Source: Patescibacteria group bacterium (lineage in GTDB: Bacteria > Pseudomonadota > Alphaproteobacteria > Micavibrionales > UBA2020). Taken from it: a DNA stretch of 64,000 nucleotides. Below, piece by piece: positions 35,509-47,069 of this stretch. Position 1 is the first letter of the stretch, and the number at the start of each line of letters is the position of its first letter. The DNA lies in contig DASPMW010000128.1 of the NCBI GenBank assembly GCA_035626855.1, positions 1,574-65,573 of the forward strand. The letters are read 5' to 3'. A program made the translations under genes and the position numbers. The notes beneath the pieces were generated by a model that saw nothing but the letters and a program-made list of their open reading frames with translations, was not told where the DNA came from and did no database searches.

Positions 35509-37631
35509 TTGCTGCCCGCCAGATGCTTCATCACGTTCTCGATCATGCGGTGGCCGACATAGCCCTGCATCGAGAGGACCGATTCCGGATGGAACTGCAC
35601 CGCCCAGATCGGCAGCGTCTTGTGCCGCAGCGCCATGATCACGCCGTTATCGTTGCGGGCCGTGACTTCCAGCTCCGCCGGAAGCGAGGCCGGCAAGCCA
35701 TGGATGGAGTGATAGGCGCCAACCGCGCAGGGGCTCGGCACGCCGTCGAACAGCAGGTGGCCGGTATGCGTGATGTTCCAGACCTTGCCGTGATGCGGGT
35801 TCTGCAGGTAGCCAAGCGTGCCGCCGAAGGCCTCGAACGTCCCCTGCAGCCCGAGGCAGACGCCGAATTGCGGGATGCCGGCCGCCGCGACTTCCCTGAC
35901 CATGCCGGGCACATTGAACTGCTCGGGCAGGCCGGGGCCGGGGGAATGGACGACGAGCTGCGGGTTATGGCGGCGGATCGTCTCGAGCGGCGTGCCGTGG
36001 CGGTAGGTGACGGCGGTCGCGCCGGTCTGGCGGATATAATCGGCGAGGGTGTGGACGAAGCTGTCCTCGTTGTCGATCAGCACGACGGTCTTGCCTTCGC
36101 CGCTCCTGACTGCGACGCGGTCGGCAGGCGGCGAAACATTGCCAGACAATATCCGCTGGAACGAGGTAGCCTTGGTATGGGTCTCCGCTGCTTCCTCGGC
36201 GGGGACGGAATCGTAAACGATGCTGGCGCCCGCCTGATAGACCGCTTCGCCGCCCTTCAAGTGCAGCGTGCGGATGGTGATGCCTGTGTTGACGCCGCCG
36301 TCGAAATGCAGCGCGCCGACGGCCGCGCCGTAATACTGCCGCGCTTCGGGCTCGAAATTCTCAATGAGCTTTGCGGCTTCAGGCTTTGGCGCGCCGGTCA
36401 GCGTGACAGCCCACATATGTGACAGGAAGGCGTCGATGCCGTCAAACCCGTCGCGCAGCGTGCCCTCGACATGGTCGACGGTGTGATAGAGACCGACGTA
36501 AGATTCGATCTGGCGGCGAGCGAGCAGGCGCACGGAACCGGGCTCGCAGATGCGCGCCTTGTCGTTGCGGTCGACATCGGTGCACATCGTGAGCTCCGCT
36601 TCATCCTTCTTGGAATTCAGTAGCTCCTGCAGGATTTTCGCATCCTCGATTACGGCCGCCTGGCCGGGCGATTTGCTGCGCCGGGCGGTGCCGGAAATGG
36701 GGCAGCTCTCGACGCGCTTGCCCTCGACCCGCACGAACATTTCTGGCGATGCGCCGACAAGCTGCTCGTCGCCCAGCTGGATGAGGAATTCGTAAGGGCT
36801 CGGGTTGATGCGCCGGATATTGCGGAACAGCTGCGACGGCAGGCCCTGATAGGGCGAGCGGAACTTGCGGCTGAGGACGACTTCGAAGACGTCGCCCTTG
36901 CGGATATGCTCCTGCGCGCGCGCGACCATATCCGCATACTGCTCGTCAGACATATTGCTGGTGATAGCTGCGGTGCCGGAGGAGGGCTTGGGCGCTGAAG
37001 TATTCCCTTGATCGCGGGCCATGCCGGCAGTATCGAACCCGGCATAGCTAAATTCAAATTCGCGGCAAAACACCGTTTCCTTGCGGCGGTCGAGCAGGTG
37101 GATGCTGTCGGGCAGGTAGAGCTGGAATAACGTGTGGTCGTGGCCCCGCGGATGTTTCAGCGTCACCGGGTTGAAGGCAAAGAGCAGGTCATATTTGAAT
37201 GCCCCGTAGAAACCGGCGAAATTCTCGGCTGCGGCCGTATATTTCATGAGCGTGCGCAAGGGGGAGAGCGGCGAGGGCTGGCGGGAACGTTCTTCCTCCG
37301 CGAAGACGCGCGTCGTTGGCTCGATTTTGCAGGTGAGCTGCTGCGCGGTCGTTGAAGCGGTGAATGCCTCGTCCGGGTGATCGCGGAAGATCTGCGCGAA
37401 GATGGCGAGGATTTTTTCCCCGCGCGCGTTCAGCGCCCTGAATTCGGCGCGGTCGGCAAAGCCGAGCACTTCGACCGGCGGCGCGGCGAAGCCGATATCC
37501 CAGCGGGAATAACGGCCGGGATAATCGGTGTCGGAGGCCATATAGACGCCCTTCGCGGCGTCGAGGCGATCAAGCAGGAAGTCGATGCCGGCCGCATAGG
37601 GCAGGCTTTTGTCGGCGTGTGAAATCTTCAT
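35505..37631 (-). CDS. trpE: anthranilate synthase, fused component I / glutamine amidotransferase TrpE(G)
   Basis: 708 aa. TrpE core (PSPYEF, GAPKP...A) followed by a TrpG domain (FGVCLGLQ, QFHPES), the fusion known from rhizobia and related alphaproteobacteria. Confidence 0.9.
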   Translation of the reverse strand: MKISHADKSLPYAAGIDFLLDRLDAAKGVYMASDTDYPGRYSRWDIGFAAPPVEVLGFADRAEFRALNARGEKILAIFAQIFRDHPDEAFTASTTAQQLTCKIEPTTRVFAEEERSRQPSPLSPLRTLMKYTAAAENFAGFYGAFKYDLLFAFNPVTLKHPRGHDHTLFQLYLPDSIHLLDRRKETVFCREFEFSYAGFDTAGMARDQGNTSAPKPSSGTAAITSNMSDEQYADMVARAQEHIRKGDVFEVVLSRKFRSPYQGLPSQLFRNIRRINPSPYEFLIQLGDEQLVGASPEMFVRVEGKRVESCPISGTARRSKSPGQAAVIEDAKILQELLNSKKDEAELTMCTDVDRNDKARICEPGSVRLLARRQIESYVGLYHTVDHVEGTLRDGFDGIDAFLSHMWAVTLTGAPKPEAAKLIENFEPEARQYYGAAVGALHFDGGVNTGITIRTLHLKGGEAVYQAGASIVYDSVPAEEAAETHTKATSFQRILSGNVSPPADRVAVRSGEGKTVVLIDNEDSFVHTLADYIRQTGATAVTYRHGTPLETIRRHNPQLVVHSPGPGLPEQFNVPGMVREVAAAGIPQFGVCLGLQGTFEAFGGTLGYLQNPHHGKVWNITHTGHLLFDGVPSPCAVGAYHSIHGLPASLPAELEVTARNDNGVIMALRHKTLPIWAVQFHPESVLSMQGYVGHRMIENVMKHLAGSK

Positions 37632-37684
37632 AGAGTCCGGCCTTCTAACAGGGCTGACGTATCATAAATGACGGAAATGGGCTT

Positions 37685-37719
37685 GGAAAAGGAAAAGGGC
37701 TGGCGTTACCGCCACCAGC
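37685..37719 (-). terminator. trp attenuator: terminator-like hairpin plus U-tract
   Basis: Minus-strand RNA GCUGGUG-GCGGUAA-CGCCAGC (7 bp including one G-U) followed by CCUUUUCCUUUUCC. The 5' arm contains the tandem UGG codons of the leader peptide, and the loop contains its UAA stop. Confidence 0.55.
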
Positions 37720-37759
37720 GGTTGGCAACGACGATCAGCGATGCGCTTTTTCCGAACAT
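37706..37759 (-). CDS. trpL: trp operon leader peptide (17 aa, MFGKSASLIVVANRWWR)
   Basis: My translation of the minus strand gives atg ttc gga aaa agc gca tcg ctg atc gtc gtt gcc aac cgc tgg tgg cgg taa. Two consecutive Trp codons lie two codons before the stop, 74 nt upstream of the trpE(G) ATG. Confidence 0.6.
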   Translation of the reverse strand: MFGKSASLIVVANRWWR

Positions 37760-37765
37760 ATCCGT

Positions 37766-37794
37766 AATTGACCACGCCCGTTCACATAAGTCAA
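37766..37794 (-). promoter_or_regulatory. candidate trp promoter (TTGACT-N17-TCAATT), leaderless geometry for trpL
   Basis: Located in the 45-bp gap after the ABC exporter stop. The -10 ends 6 nt before the trpL ATG, and no SD precedes trpL. Confidence 0.35.
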
Positions 37795-37804
37795 GCATCG
37801 GCGG

Positions 37805-39655
37805 TTATGCCGCGACAGTTTCCGCCTCTACTTTTGGCAGTTCTGCCGGCAGGAAGCCGCCCGCCTGCATTTCCCAAAGCTTTGCAAATACGCCTTTTTT
37901 CGCAAGCAGCGACGGGAAGGAGCCGTCTTCGATGATGCGTCCGCGCTCCATGACTACGATGCGGTCCATGTTGCTGAGCGTGGACAGGCGGTGGGCGATC
38001 ACGACGGTCGTGCGGCCCTTCATCGCCTCGGTCATCGCAAGCTGGATCGCCTTTTCCGTTTCGCTGTCGAGCGCGGAGGTCGCTTCGTCAAGGACAAGGA
38101 TCGGCGCATTTTTGATGATCGCGCGCGCGATCGCGATGCGCTGGCGCTGGCCGCCCGACAGCTTCACGCCGCGCTCGCCGACCAGCGTATCGAAGCCCTT
38201 GGGCAGCGTGGAGACGAAACCCATGGCTTCGGCCGCCTTTGCCGCCGCTTCGATGTCTTCGGGCGTCGCGTCTGCGCGGCCGTAGCGGATGTTTTCGCCA
38301 AGCGTGCGGTGGAACAGCACAGGCTCCTGCGGGATCACGGAAATCGCGGCATGCAGGCTGTCCTGCGTCACTTCGGCGATGTTCTGGCCGTCGATATAGA
38401 TGCCGCCGCCCTGCACGTCATAGGCGCGCAGCAGGATCTGGCAGATGGTGGTTTTCCCCGCGCCGGAAACGCCGACGAAGCCGACCTTCTGTCCCGCCGC
38501 GATTTTCAGGTTGAGGCCAGTGAAGACCGGCTGGCCCGGCACATAGCTGAAATCAACGTTGCGGAACTCGATTTCGCCCTGCCTGATGGCAAGGTCGGGC
38601 GCGCCCTTGGCGTCGAACACGCTGAGCGGCGTCGCGATCTTCTGCAGCGATTCCTGCAAGATGCCGATATCGTCGAACTTCGAACTCAGCAGCGAGACGG
38701 TGCCCGCAAGCGCGCCGAACATGTTCATCGCAAGGCCGACCGTCATGGCGAGCTGCCCTGTATCGACCTGGCCCTGCTGCCAGCCATAGACGACAAGCGC
38801 CATGAAGCCGCAGAGGAAGATCGTCATGATGAAGTCGAAGGTGCCCCAGAACACGCTGACATAGCGGTAGCGCGCGCGGAAGGTTTCGGTCATTTCCTCT
38901 TGGGCGTAATCGAGGCGCGCGAGTTCTTCGCGCCAGCCGACATTCTGCTGGACGATCGAAAGGTTCGTCGTGCTGTCGACGATATAGCCCGTCAGGCGCG
39001 AGGATTTTTCCGCATGGTTCGCGGAAAGCCGCGTCCATTTTGGCGCGGTCAGGAGCGCGCTGATCGCGCCAACAACGATAAACGCCGGCACGAACAACGC
39101 GAAAAGCGGCGTGATGGTCCAGAGCAGGAATCCGCCAGTGATGAAGCGAACGAGCAGCGACATGATGTTGTACTGCATTTTGTCGCGCAGCGAGGAAATG
39201 ACGTCGCCCGCGCGGCGCACATGGTTCGCGAGAACGCCGGCGAAATTCGCATGCAGGAAGGACTGGCTTTGCTGGATCAGTCGCGCGAACAGCAGCGTGC
39301 GCGTGGTGTTCAGCAGCTCCGGAACATAGATGCGCTCCATCCACTCGCGTCCGCGGTAGGCGATATTGCGCACCGTCCAAAGTCCCGCGAGCAGCGCGAG
39401 TTCGATGCCGACGTTTTTCCAAAGCATTTCGGGCGGGCTTTTCGCGATCGCGCCGACAATCCGCCCCAAGACCCAGGTCACCAGCGTATCGCAGACGGTC
39501 GCGACGATTTCGCAGAAAATCGCGGCGACGGCCCGTACCTTCATCGGCACCGAGCAGTGCTTCAGCACATAGGCGATAAAGGGCAGCGGACGGTCAGGGG
39601 TGCGCGGCACCCGCTTGGCGGTGGGGGTGGCGGCGGAAACGGCAATAACGGACAT
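37805..39655 (-). CDS. ABC exporter, fused permease/ATPase (MsbA-like type I exporter)
   Basis: Six-TM domain followed by Walker A GVSGAGKTT, signature LSGGQRQR and Walker B ILVLDEATSALD. I prefer the ATG at 39655 (MSVIAVSAA...) over 39733. Confidence 0.85.
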   Translation of the reverse strand: MSVIAVSAATPTAKRVPRTPDRPLPFIAYVLKHCSVPMKVRAVAAIFCEIVATVCDTLVTWVLGRIVGAIAKSPPEMLWKNVGIELALLAGLWTVRNIAYRGREWMERIYVPELLNTTRTLLFARLIQQSQSFLHANFAGVLANHVRRAGDVISSLRDKMQYNIMSLLVRFITGGFLLWTITPLFALFVPAFIVVGAISALLTAPKWTRLSANHAEKSSRLTGYIVDSTTNLSIVQQNVGWREELARLDYAQEEMTETFRARYRYVSVFWGTFDFIMTIFLCGFMALVVYGWQQGQVDTGQLAMTVGLAMNMFGALAGTVSLLSSKFDDIGILQESLQKIATPLSVFDAKGAPDLAIRQGEIEFRNVDFSYVPGQPVFTGLNLKIAAGQKVGFVGVSGAGKTTICQILLRAYDVQGGGIYIDGQNIAEVTQDSLHAAISVIPQEPVLFHRTLGENIRYGRADATPEDIEAAAKAAEAMGFVSTLPKGFDTLVGERGVKLSGGQRQRIAIARAIIKNAPILVLDEATSALDSETEKAIQLAMTEAMKGRTTVVIAHRLSTLSNMDRIVVMERGRIIEDGSFPSLLAKKGVFAKLWEMQAGGFLPAELPKVEAETVAA

Positions 39656-39788
39656 GACTGGAAAAACCCGATGAAAAGCTGCGAATCGTTCTTGATTCCG
39701 GTAAATTTTCGCGGTTTTCTGGTAATAAAACAAGAATGTTGTGGGTTTTTTGCCGCAGAAATCGCCGCCTGTGGCGGCATTACATCAG

Positions 39789-40370
39789 TTATTTAATCAG
39801 GCCAATCGCCGTGCCGGGGTTCAGGAAGTCGAAAATGGTCGTACTGTCGGTCTCGTTGACGAGGCCCCCCGACAGGACCGGCTTCTCCAGCAAATTGCCG
39901 CCATGGAAGACCATGGTCACGGAATAGCTCACCCCTTTTTCGTCCGTCTGCATCCGGATGGGGGAGGACAGGCCGTGTTTCTTGCGCACATCCTTGTAGT
40001 CGAGCTTGTAGCCCGTGCTTTCCTGAATGACGGTGTAAATCTCCATCTGTTCTTCCGGCGTGCCGGGCAGCGGGGCGTTCTCGCCGCCGAACAGCGCTTT
40101 GCGGATGCCGATACGGTCAAGGAGCGTCATCTGCTCTTTCTTGACGCCGAGCGTCCTGAACGCCTCGGCCTCCGTCATGCCCGGATAGAGCTTGTTCACG
40201 CGCTCCTTCAGGTCGTTGCCGGAGTTGAAATAGGGTTGGTTGACAGCCTCCGACCCGCCCGGCACCGGCGCGCCTTTCGCGCAGGCCTGCAGGAAGCACA
40301 GCATAGCGCACACAAGCAGGCGCTGTAGGAGGCCGAGGGCCGTTTTGCTTTGGCGGCGCGTGGATGTCAT
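39789..40370 (-). CDS. hypothetical lipoprotein
   Basis: 193 aa. Signal peptide with lipobox LCFLQAC. No family recognised. Confidence 0.55.
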   Translation of the reverse strand: MTSTRRQSKTALGLLQRLLVCAMLCFLQACAKGAPVPGGSEAVNQPYFNSGNDLKERVNKLYPGMTEAEAFRTLGVKKEQMTLLDRIGIRKALFGGENAPLPGTPEEQMEIYTVIQESTGYKLDYKDVRKKHGLSSPIRMQTDEKGVSYSVTMVFHGGNLLEKPVLSGGLVNETDSTTIFDFLNPGTAIGLIK

Positions 40371-40486
40371 CAGGTTGTTTTGCGTCCGACGGTGGATGCC
40401 AGGCGAATCCCGGCATGGCTGGTATTTACATTGTGGCGCAAAAGGGTAAATAAGTCCTTACAGGACAAAGGCTTAACGGCCGGTCG

Positions 40487-41688
40487 CTATTTATTATTCA
40501 AAAACAACAGGATGCCCTTGGCGGCGGCCACCCCGGTTGCGAAGCAGGCCTGCAGCAGGTAGCCGCCGGTCGGCGCCTCCCAGTCGATCATTTCGCCTGC
40601 GGCGAAGACGCCGGGCTTGCGGCGCAGCATGAGGTTGTCGTCGAGCTCCTCCCAGTCGATCCCGCCTGCGCTGGATATGGCCCGCTCGATGCCTGCGATG
40701 CCGGTCAGCGTCACGGAGCAGGACTTGATGCGCTGCGCCAGCGCCGCCGGCGCGAAGTGATTGACCTGCCGGTCTTCCTGCATCAGGCCGATGGCGGGTG
40801 GCGCGAGGTTGATTTCCTGCCGCAGGAAATTCGCAAGGGTGCGGCCGCGGCGCGGCGCCTGCAGGCGTTCGGCAAGCGCGGGCTCTGTGACCCCCGGTTT
40901 CAGGTCGATGATCAGTTCCGCGGAACCGCTGGCGGCAATCGCCTCGCGCAGCGCGGCTGACAGCGCATAGGTCGCGCCGCCTTCGATGCCGGTCGCGGTC
41001 AGCATCGCTTCCCCCGCGATCTGCTGCCCGCCGAAACGGAGCGTAACCGGCTTCAGCGGCTGTCCTGCGAATTTGTTGCGGAAGATGTCGGACCAGGCGA
41101 CGGTGAAGCCGCAATTGGAAGGCTGGAAGGGATTAGTCTTTATCTCAGGCAGGTAACCCACCCAGCCGCCATCTGCGCCGAGCCGCGGCCAGGATGCGCC
41201 GCCAAGCGCCAGCAACGTGGCGTCCGCGGTGACGGTTTCTGGTGTCTCGTTGTTTTTTGCGAAAACAAGCGCGCCGTCGTCGGCAAAGCCGCGCCAGTCA
41301 TGCTGCAAGCGGAAGCGTACGCCAAGCGCAATGAGCCGGGACTGCCAAGCGCGCAGCAGCGGCGAGGCCTTGAAGCTTTGCGGGAAAACGCGGCCGCTGG
41401 AGCCGACGAAAGTTTCCTCACCGAGCGCGGCTGACCAGTCACGCAGCGCTTGCGGCGGAAAATCGCGGATATAGGGCGCGAGGCGCGGAGCGGCAGCGCC
41501 GTAACGCGCGATGAAGGTATCGAGATCTTCTGAATGGGTGAGGTTGAGGCCGCCGCGCCCCGCCATGAGAAACTTGCGCGCGAGCGACGGCTTGCGGTCG
41601 TAAACAAGGACGGTTGCCCCGCCCTGCGCCAGAACTTCCGCCGCGATGAGTCCGGCCGGTCCGCCGCCGATGACCGCGACGGTTTTCA

Positions 41689-41689
<1 letters not shown>
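40487..41689 (-). CDS. BaiN/HI0933-like NAD(P)/FAD-dependent flavoprotein
   Basis: From ATG 41689: MKTVAVIGGGPAGLIAAEVLAQGG (dinucleotide-binding fold), LMAGRGGLNLTH, C-terminal FAAGEMIDWEAPTGGYLLQ. Confidence 0.8.
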
Positions 41690-43575
<1,886 letters not shown>

Positions 43576-43701
43576 GGTTTCTCGCCTTTTCCAGCCGCAG
43601 GTTATGGCATAAAACATGCGCAAAGTGAAGGAATTAAGCGGGTTGCAGACGTTGCGCGGGTGCGGCTTGCATGCTGTAATGTCTTGAAACAGTGGAAGAA
43701 C

Positions 43702-44481
43702 ATGGCCGACACCGGAAAAACAATCACCAGCGCCGCTAACCCCGCCGTGAAGCGCCTGCGCTCGCTCGGCACAAAGAAATACCGCGATGAAGAGGGGGTT
43801 TTCCTCGTCGAGGGGCTGCGCCATGTCGAGGACGCGCTGGCGGGCGGGTTCGCGCTGGAAACGCTCGGTTACGCGCCGCGGGCAAGCCGCGAGATCGCTG
43901 CAATCGCGCCGAGGGCAACGCATGTGCTGGAGCTGACGGACGACCTGCTGAGCCGTATTACGCAGCGCGACAACGCTCAAAGCGTGATCGGGGCGTTCCG
44001 GATGAAACCTGCCGGCCTTGCGGCCGTAACCGCGGGGCTGTGGGTCGGGCTGGAGGGCATTCGTGACCCCGGCAACCTCGGCACCATCATCCGCACGGCT
44101 GATGCGGTGAAGGCCGATGGCGTGATGCTGATCGGTGACACCTGCGACCCTTATGCGCCGGAGACGATCCGCGCCACCATGGGTTCCTTCGCGCGCGTGC
44201 CGGTCGCGCAGGCAAGCGTGAAAGAATTTCTGCTCTGGCGCGCAAGCTGGAAAGGCCGCGTGATCGGCACCCATCTGCGCACCGATACCGATTACCGCAA
44301 GGCAGACTACGCGTCCCCCCTGTTGCTGCTCATGGGCAGTGAATCGAACGGCCTGTCCGACGAGGCTGTAAAAGCCTGCACCAGCCTGGTTAAAATCCCA
44401 ATGGCAGGCGGCGCAGAATCGCTGAACCTGGCGGTATCCACCGGCGTGATGCTCTACGAAATCTGTCGCAGCCGGCTTTAG
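43702..44481 (+). CDS. TrmH/SpoU-family RNA 2'-O-methyltransferase
   Basis: From ATG 43702 (GGAAG SD). IRDPGNLGTIIRTADA, LLMGSESNGLS, IPMAGGAESLNLAVSTGVMLYE. Confidence 0.8.
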   Translation: MADTGKTITSAANPAVKRLRSLGTKKYRDEEGVFLVEGLRHVEDALAGGFALETLGYAPRASREIAAIAPRATHVLELTDDLLSRITQRDNAQSVIGAFRMKPAGLAAVTAGLWVGLEGIRDPGNLGTIIRTADAVKADGVMLIGDTCDPYAPETIRATMGSFARVPVAQASVKEFLLWRASWKGRVIGTHLRTDTDYRKADYASPLLLLMGSESNGLSDEAVKACTSLVKIPMAGGAESLNLAVSTGVMLYEICRSRL

Positions 44482-47069
44482 CCTGTGTTGCGCATCCCGG
44501 CCGAAATGCCGCCGATTGTCAGCGCAAGCGTCTTGCGCAATTCCTTCGGCGGGTTTTTAAGGCTGCGATATTCCTTCAACAAATGCGCCTGCAGGATATT
44601 CAGCACATCGACATAGGGCGTGCGGATGCGAATGGAGCGCGCCAGCACGGGTGATTTTTCGAGGAGATCGTCACGGGCTGTCACCTTCCGCAGCATTTCG
44701 CCCGTGGATTGCAGCCTGTGCAAATATTCCTCGGTCAGGTATTGCAGCCGCGGTTCGACCAGCAATTGCGAATAGTAACGCGTAATTTCCGCATCCGCCT
44801 TCGCAACGACCATTTCGACAAGATCCGTGACAGCCTGAAAGAAAGGCCATTCCGCATACATTTCGCGCAATTGCTCGAGGTTTCCGGCTGCGATTTCAGC
44901 ATTCAGCGCGTCGCCCACGCCCAGCCAGGCGGGCAGCATCGTGCGCGATTGCGTCCAGCCGAATACCCAGGGGATTGCCCGCATGCTGTCGAGGCCGCCG
45001 CCCTTTTTGCGCCGGCCCGGGCGGCTGCCGATCTTCAACAGGCCCAGTTCCGGCGCAGGCGTGAGCTGCTGGAAATGGTCCATGAATTCCGGCGTCTCGT
45101 AAATCGTTTTGCGAAAGGCTTTCTCCGACACATCGGCGATGCGCTGCATCGCTTTATCCCAGGCCGCGTGGCGCGGCTGCGGCTTTGACAGCACGGCATC
45201 CAGAAAGCCGGAAAGATAAAGCTCCATCGTCCGCTCGGCGACGCCCGGCAGCCCGAATTTTGAATCGATCACTTCGCCCTGCTCGGTGATGCGGATGCGC
45301 TTTGTCTCCATGGGGCGTGGCAATGCCAGCAAGGCCGTTTCGATCGGGCCTCCGCCGCGCGCGACGCTGCCGCCGCGGCCATGGAAGAAGGTCGTCTGCA
45401 ACCCGTGTTTTTTGCCGATGGCAAGCAGCGACGTCTGCAGCCCGTAAATTTCCCAGGCAGCCGCGAGGTAGCCGCCGCGCTTGGACGAATCCGAATATCC
45501 GACCATGATCTGCTGTTCCGCGCCCGCATGTTTACGATAGACACGGCTATTATAAAGGGCAGCCATTGTGTTCACGGCCGATTTCAGGCTCGCGGGCGTT
45601 TCAAAAAGCGGGCTGATCGGGATGTTTGCCTTCACGCCTGCTGCCTTCATGAGGAACTGCACGCCGAGCAGATCGGACACCGTCTCCGCCATGGAAATGA
45701 TGTAGGGCCCAAAGAACTCGCCGGGAAATTCGTTATAGACGCGAAGCGTATCTATGACTTCGGCGGTATCCGCGGATAGCTTTTTGGGCAGGCGGAATTT
45801 CGTGGCCCTTATCGCCTTTTCCAGCAAGGTGATTTTTTTTGCCTCATCCGCTTTCGCATAGGCCGTGCCTAAAATTTCCTCGACCGCCGCTGCATGGCGG
45901 TCCGAGCTTTGGCGGATATCGAGCTTCAGGAAACAAAGGCCGAAGACGCGAATGCGCCAGATAAGCTCCTGCAGCGGCACGCCGGCGAGCGCGCCGGCTT
46001 TGTTCTTATGCAGATAATCCTGCATGTCGTACAAGATTGACAGCAACTCGTTGCGCGTCAGGCCGGAAAGGGTACGGCGGAATTCGCGCAGGCGCCGCTC
46101 CGCCTTTGCGATCTGGCTGAGGCAATAATCATGCAGCTCAGCGCTTTCGCCATCCTTGTCGAAGGCAAAATTCTCCCGCAGGTTTTTGAGGGCGATCAGG
46201 TATTTCGCCGTCGCCGCGTTCGACGCTTCGCGCAATACTTTGCGCGTTATATCGGCGGTGACACCGGGATGACCGTCACGGTCGCCGCCCATCCAGGATC
46301 CAAAACGGATCGGGCGCGGGTAAACACCGGCCATATCACCGACCACCTCTTTATAGGCCGCGCTCATCAGGTGATGGAAATCGGGAATGGCCCGCCACAG
46401 GATGCGCTCCGCCACCTCGAGGCCATAGCGGGCCTCATCCACGGGCGTCGGCTTGCGCTCGCGCACAGCGCCCGAGAGCCAAAGCTGCGTAATAAGGGAG
46501 GCGACGTCGCGCATGACGACGTCCCGCTCATACGGCGCAAGCGTGTCGTGGTCGAGCTTCAGCAGCGCGATCGATAGATCGCGATAGGCCCGCACGGCCT
46601 GGGGTCGCATGGCCTCAGTCGGATGCGCGGTCAGCACAAGCTCGATCTGCACGTCGCGCATCGCCTCACGGATGGTTTTCTCCGGCAACCCGCGCGCCCG
46701 CAGGCGCTCGAAAGTGTCATAGGGCGACGCGCGCTGCGCATCCTTGCCGAGGCGGCGGTAATCGTTGCGGCGGCGGATGCGGTGAACCTGCTCGCAAAGG
46801 TTGGCGAGGCGCAGGAATTCCGTGAAGGCCTTGGCGACTTTGTATTTCTCGGCATGGCTGAGCCCCGCCAGTTCCTGCTCGATTGCGCGCGGCGCGGTTT
46901 TGTCGCCAAGACGGCTTTTCTGCGACAGGCGGCGCAGGGCCTCCACCTTGTCAAAAATGCGCTTGCCTTCGAAGGTCGTGATGGTGTCGCCAAGCATCCC
47001 GCCCAGCAGCCGCACATTCGCCGTCAGCGGCGCCAGCGTGTCTTCTTTATTATCTGCGCGTCTGGCCAT
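44478..47069 (-). CDS. ppc: phosphoenolpyruvate carboxylase
   Basis: 863 aa. VLTAHPTE, GYSDSSKRGGYLAA, FHGRGGSVARGGGP, C-terminal GMRNTG. Confidence 0.95.
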   Translation of the reverse strand: MARRADNKEDTLAPLTANVRLLGGMLGDTITTFEGKRIFDKVEALRRLSQKSRLGDKTAPRAIEQELAGLSHAEKYKVAKAFTEFLRLANLCEQVHRIRRRNDYRRLGKDAQRASPYDTFERLRARGLPEKTIREAMRDVQIELVLTAHPTEAMRPQAVRAYRDLSIALLKLDHDTLAPYERDVVMRDVASLITQLWLSGAVRERKPTPVDEARYGLEVAERILWRAIPDFHHLMSAAYKEVVGDMAGVYPRPIRFGSWMGGDRDGHPGVTADITRKVLREASNAATAKYLIALKNLRENFAFDKDGESAELHDYCLSQIAKAERRLREFRRTLSGLTRNELLSILYDMQDYLHKNKAGALAGVPLQELIWRIRVFGLCFLKLDIRQSSDRHAAAVEEILGTAYAKADEAKKITLLEKAIRATKFRLPKKLSADTAEVIDTLRVYNEFPGEFFGPYIISMAETVSDLLGVQFLMKAAGVKANIPISPLFETPASLKSAVNTMAALYNSRVYRKHAGAEQQIMVGYSDSSKRGGYLAAAWEIYGLQTSLLAIGKKHGLQTTFFHGRGGSVARGGGPIETALLALPRPMETKRIRITEQGEVIDSKFGLPGVAERTMELYLSGFLDAVLSKPQPRHAAWDKAMQRIADVSEKAFRKTIYETPEFMDHFQQLTPAPELGLLKIGSRPGRRKKGGGLDSMRAIPWVFGWTQSRTMLPAWLGVGDALNAEIAAGNLEQLREMYAEWPFFQAVTDLVEMVVAKADAEITRYYSQLLVEPRLQYLTEEYLHRLQSTGEMLRKVTARDDLLEKSPVLARSIRIRTPYVDVLNILQAHLLKEYRSLKNPPKELRKTLALTIGGISAGMRNTG

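Noticed and set aside
39764-39778. 6-bp GC hairpin (gccgcc-tgt-ggcggc) after the lipoprotein gene as a terminator.
   Set aside because: The stem is short with a 3-nt loop, and on the minus strand it is followed by GATTTCTG rather than a U-tract. Too weak to list as a feature.
43576-44274. N-terminal extension of the ABC-F ORF (861 aa in the ORF track), and likewise the 43162-43701 extension of the TrmH ORF.
   Set aside because: The extensions are antisense to each other's real genes and have junk-like composition. The canonical ABC-F N-terminus (MLSINNLTYKVG) starts at 43575, and the TrmH gene has an SD-supported ATG at 43702.
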